This document shows positions 60,978-64,000 of a DNA stretch of 64,000 bases, piece after piece. The notes under the pieces were generated by a model, which made no database searches, had not been told where the DNA came from, and saw only the letters and a list, made by a program, of their open reading frames with translations. The DNA is from Leucoraja ocellata (taxonomy: Eukaryota): assembly GCA_036785375.1 (NCBI GenBank), contig JAWMAR010000030.1, positions 6,820,001 through 6,884,000 on the forward strand, in the 5' to 3' direction. Made by a program: the position numbers and the translations under genes. Position 1 is the first letter of the stretch; every line of letters begins with the position of its first letter.

Positions 60978-63299
60978 AAATAAATTATAACAATCTTTTA
61001 CAATCTAAGATGTTATTAAAAATCTTATAAATACTGCAGTTATAAGAGCAGATCAGAGTATATATATCTACAACCTACTTAACACAGTTTAACAGTGGCT
61101 AAGAGGAAAGGACTGCAGAAATTGAAGATGTTGGACCATGAACAATAGCCAATAAGTTGTGGCTTCATCAGTGACATCCAGATACCTAAATGTGATTATA
61201 TCTTCTTTAAAAAAAACAAGACCTTTGTGAGGTGATGTAAGAAAGAAAAGAGGAATTTGAAGTAAATGTTGCACGGCTAGTGACCAGAGGAATCTTTGGA
61301 CTAGTGGACTCGGAGAAGTTTGTGGACTTGAAGAATGGTATTATTGTTAGCTATGAAGAAAACCATAAACTCAACAGTTCTCAGATGATATTTAAGGAAC
61401 AGATGGCATCTGAAGGAAATAAATAAAGAAGGATGCTCACCAGGAAGACTCCACATCGGTAATCAGTTTTGATAGTAAACATTAAGCTTCAGTGGCGTTT
61501 AATGGGGATTAGCCATAAATGGACAATGTTAATTATGTGAAAGATTTGCTCATGTTGTGCCCCTTGCCATATTAAAAGTTATATGGTGTTCATTGCATGG
61601 GAGATGTTCAGATTGAGAGATTAACTCTGGATATATCAATGGAGGAAGGAAGACTGCACAGATAATTTAGCTGCAGAAATATATGTTTACAAATGGTTAG
61701 AAAGCTGCGAGGTTGCAGTGCTGTTGCCAGCAACAAAGAGCAAGTCTTGTTCCATGAATAGAGGGGCAAGGAAAGGAGGCTGGAGGTTTGGTAGGGCAAT
61801 AGTGATGGTAAGAAAAAAAACTGAAAACATGACTGTATACCAAGGGAATGAAATAAACGGGCCACATGGGGTAGTCGTCAAGAGGATTGCAATTAAAGAA
61901 CAATGGGAATGGAACAAAATAGTGAAGTGAGAGCAGTCCCAGTAGAAAAGGAGGCCAAAGAATGATTTCCTGTCAATCATAGAGCACTGACCCCCATTGC
62001 AAATACATTGTCTGTCAAATACAGCATCAAGCTTATTATAAACAGAAAGCCCATCAATCATAGACACACAATCCCATTGCAAACACAGTGCCCATCAATC
62101 ATGGAATGCCAATGTTGTTACAAAAATATAACCATTTAATCATAGAATAACTTTGCTAGTACAAGTTGTTTGTCAATTTACCATTATTACTGGGTTAGTG
62201 ACAATTCGTTTTCTCAGATGGCAAATTATTCTAAAACTAGAAAAGACTAGAAAAGGAGTATTCACTGTGATGGGTCTTCAACAATATTTTAGATTTTTGT
62301 TTTCTTGAATGATCTGCTAATTTCAAATCTCTCAATTCTCTTCATTACTACAAATTCTATCAAGAAACATTCTAACTATTATTTTGACAGCCTACTCTTT
62401 TCTTGACAATTGCTTGGGTTTTTTATTCAGCTACAAACATAAGCATCCACTGTCGATGTGATTGGAAAATAAAAACTCAAATATTTCCTGGGTTTAGTAG
62501 CTTTAAGAATTAAGTGTTTTTTAGAATAGTGTGGACTGAATTGAGAGTGGTAACCATAATAAGATATAACCATTTTGGATTCAGCTGCATTTGTTCACTG
62601 AAAACGTGCAAATATTTTAACAGGAAATAAAATGCTGTTGGATATAGAATTCTACATTAAGATGCAGTTCCACATAACTATTTAGGGCCCTTAAAGATTA
62701 TCCTTCAGGATTGCTGAACCAAATGATTGAAGGCCTTGTATCGCAAAAACAAAAATGCATCGTGATCATTTATTGAATTATCTCACTTTGGAATAACAGT
62801 ATCAGCGAGGAGATTTTAGTGTTTAAAAAGCGAGTTAAAATGTCTGTAATTTTCTTCAGGACTTGCAGTGGAACTATACGTGTGCAGACACACGTCTACA
62901 AGCAAGCAAAGCTCCACAGGAAGCTAATTAACAAGTTGTTTCATCCTGTGGGCCCAATTAAATTCAATATAAATTTAAACTGCAAATCTAATATAACATG
63001 CCTTGACCTGAAATGCAGTGCAGTATTCTTTACTGGAATGGCAATTCAAATCTCATCAAAATTCCAAATAATGTCTGAGTGTGATAGTGAGTTGGTCCCG
63101 AATTACAAATTGCTTTCTTCCATGGAGTTGCACATGCATTGCTCAGTTCAAGAATATTTACTTTGCAGATTAACCTTATATTCATAGAGCAGATTGTCTC
63201 ATCCATAGATTATTCTACATAATTACTATCCACTGACAGTACCACTGAATAGTTACCACTGTTAAATAGGCAAAAACAACCACCAATTTCCACTGATCA

Positions 63300-63540
63300 A
63301 GTTCCCATTAGTTTTAATCTGTTTTTCATTATGATAGCAAGGACAACAGAAGGGTTCCCTGGTGTAGTTTTAAGTAGTTTTAAGGAATTCGATACATTCC
63401 CTTTGCATTATTTGAAAGCTTGACTCTTGAACAATGCAGTGCTCCTTCAGTTGGCACTAAAATATTCTGCACAAAAAAATCAGTGGTGCCTGAATTCATG
63501 ATTCTGACAGGAAATAGAGTATTACCACCTACTTACAGCA
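63300..63540 (-). mobile_element. Ancient DeuSINE-like (SacSINE1/AmnSINE1-type) remnant
   Basis: cagtgctccttcagttggcact...tgattctgacaggaaatagagtattaccac resembles the recalled reverse-strand Deu domain. Very degenerate. Confidence 0.4.
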
Positions 63541-64000
63541 GGGGTAAAATTGTTATAGACAACATAAAGAAATTATAAAATAAATCAAAAACTGTAGATG
63601 CTGGAAATCAGAAAATAAGCTGAAAATGGTAGAAATAAATCAGCAACATTGGTGGAAAGACAACATTTTAAACCAGAGGATTCTCACTCCCAACTGTTTG
63701 CTGAATTTGAATCTATAGTGAAATGAAACGAGGAGAGAAAATCTCGGAGAGCTGGAATTACTTCATGTATAAAAACTTGGAAAGAGATTTATGTTCTTGA
63801 GAACAACCCTCCAACAAAATTTGTCAATTATTTTATATGTCAATAAGTCACTTATGAAATATTTCAAAATACTCTTAATATATAATGTGAACATTTAAAT
63901 GTTCAAAATGAAAAGGTGTTGGGAAATTCAAAGTAAAACCAGAAAACGCTAGAAACACTCAACAGGTCAGGCAAATGGTTGAATAAATAAAGAAGCGTCT

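Larger units (their letters stand above)
36867..64000 (-). other. CCSER2: Large intron of CCSER2 upstream of the terminal exon
   Basis: I found no exon resembling the recalled upstream segments (ADKYTQTPWRRIP or GGYSAPSFSPWQGSF) between 36867 and the window end. The region is repeat-rich and contains an assembly gap. Confidence 0.65.

Overview
Eukaryotic, non-bacterial DNA. The repeat content (HE1/V-SINE-type tRNA SINEs, HER1/CR1 LINEs, Rex1/Babar, Penelope-like elements) points to a cartilaginous fish, probably a skate or ray. The only recognisable host gene is the 3' end of CCSER2 (FAM190B) on the minus strand. Its terminal coding exon is 35934-36866, with a probable ~4.3 kb 3' UTR to the left and a >27 kb intron to the right. 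The start of that exon is dual-coding: both frames match the two alternative human CCSER2 C-termini as I recall them. The rest is intron or intergenic sequence full of decayed retroelements and PIF/Harbinger-like MITEs. Most notable is a family of ~100-135 bp Penelope-derived insertions, some with clean target-site duplications, that begin with a minimal type I hammerhead ribozyme motif (CUGAAGA-A-stemII-GAAA-CGUC). Also seen: a 43-bp-arm near-perfect palindrome, a miR-17~92 seed-site cluster in the putative UTR, and several unannotated exon-like segments. Most short ORFs in the track are repeat-derived or random. All family and gene identifications are from memory, with no database search; repeat boundaries are approximate.
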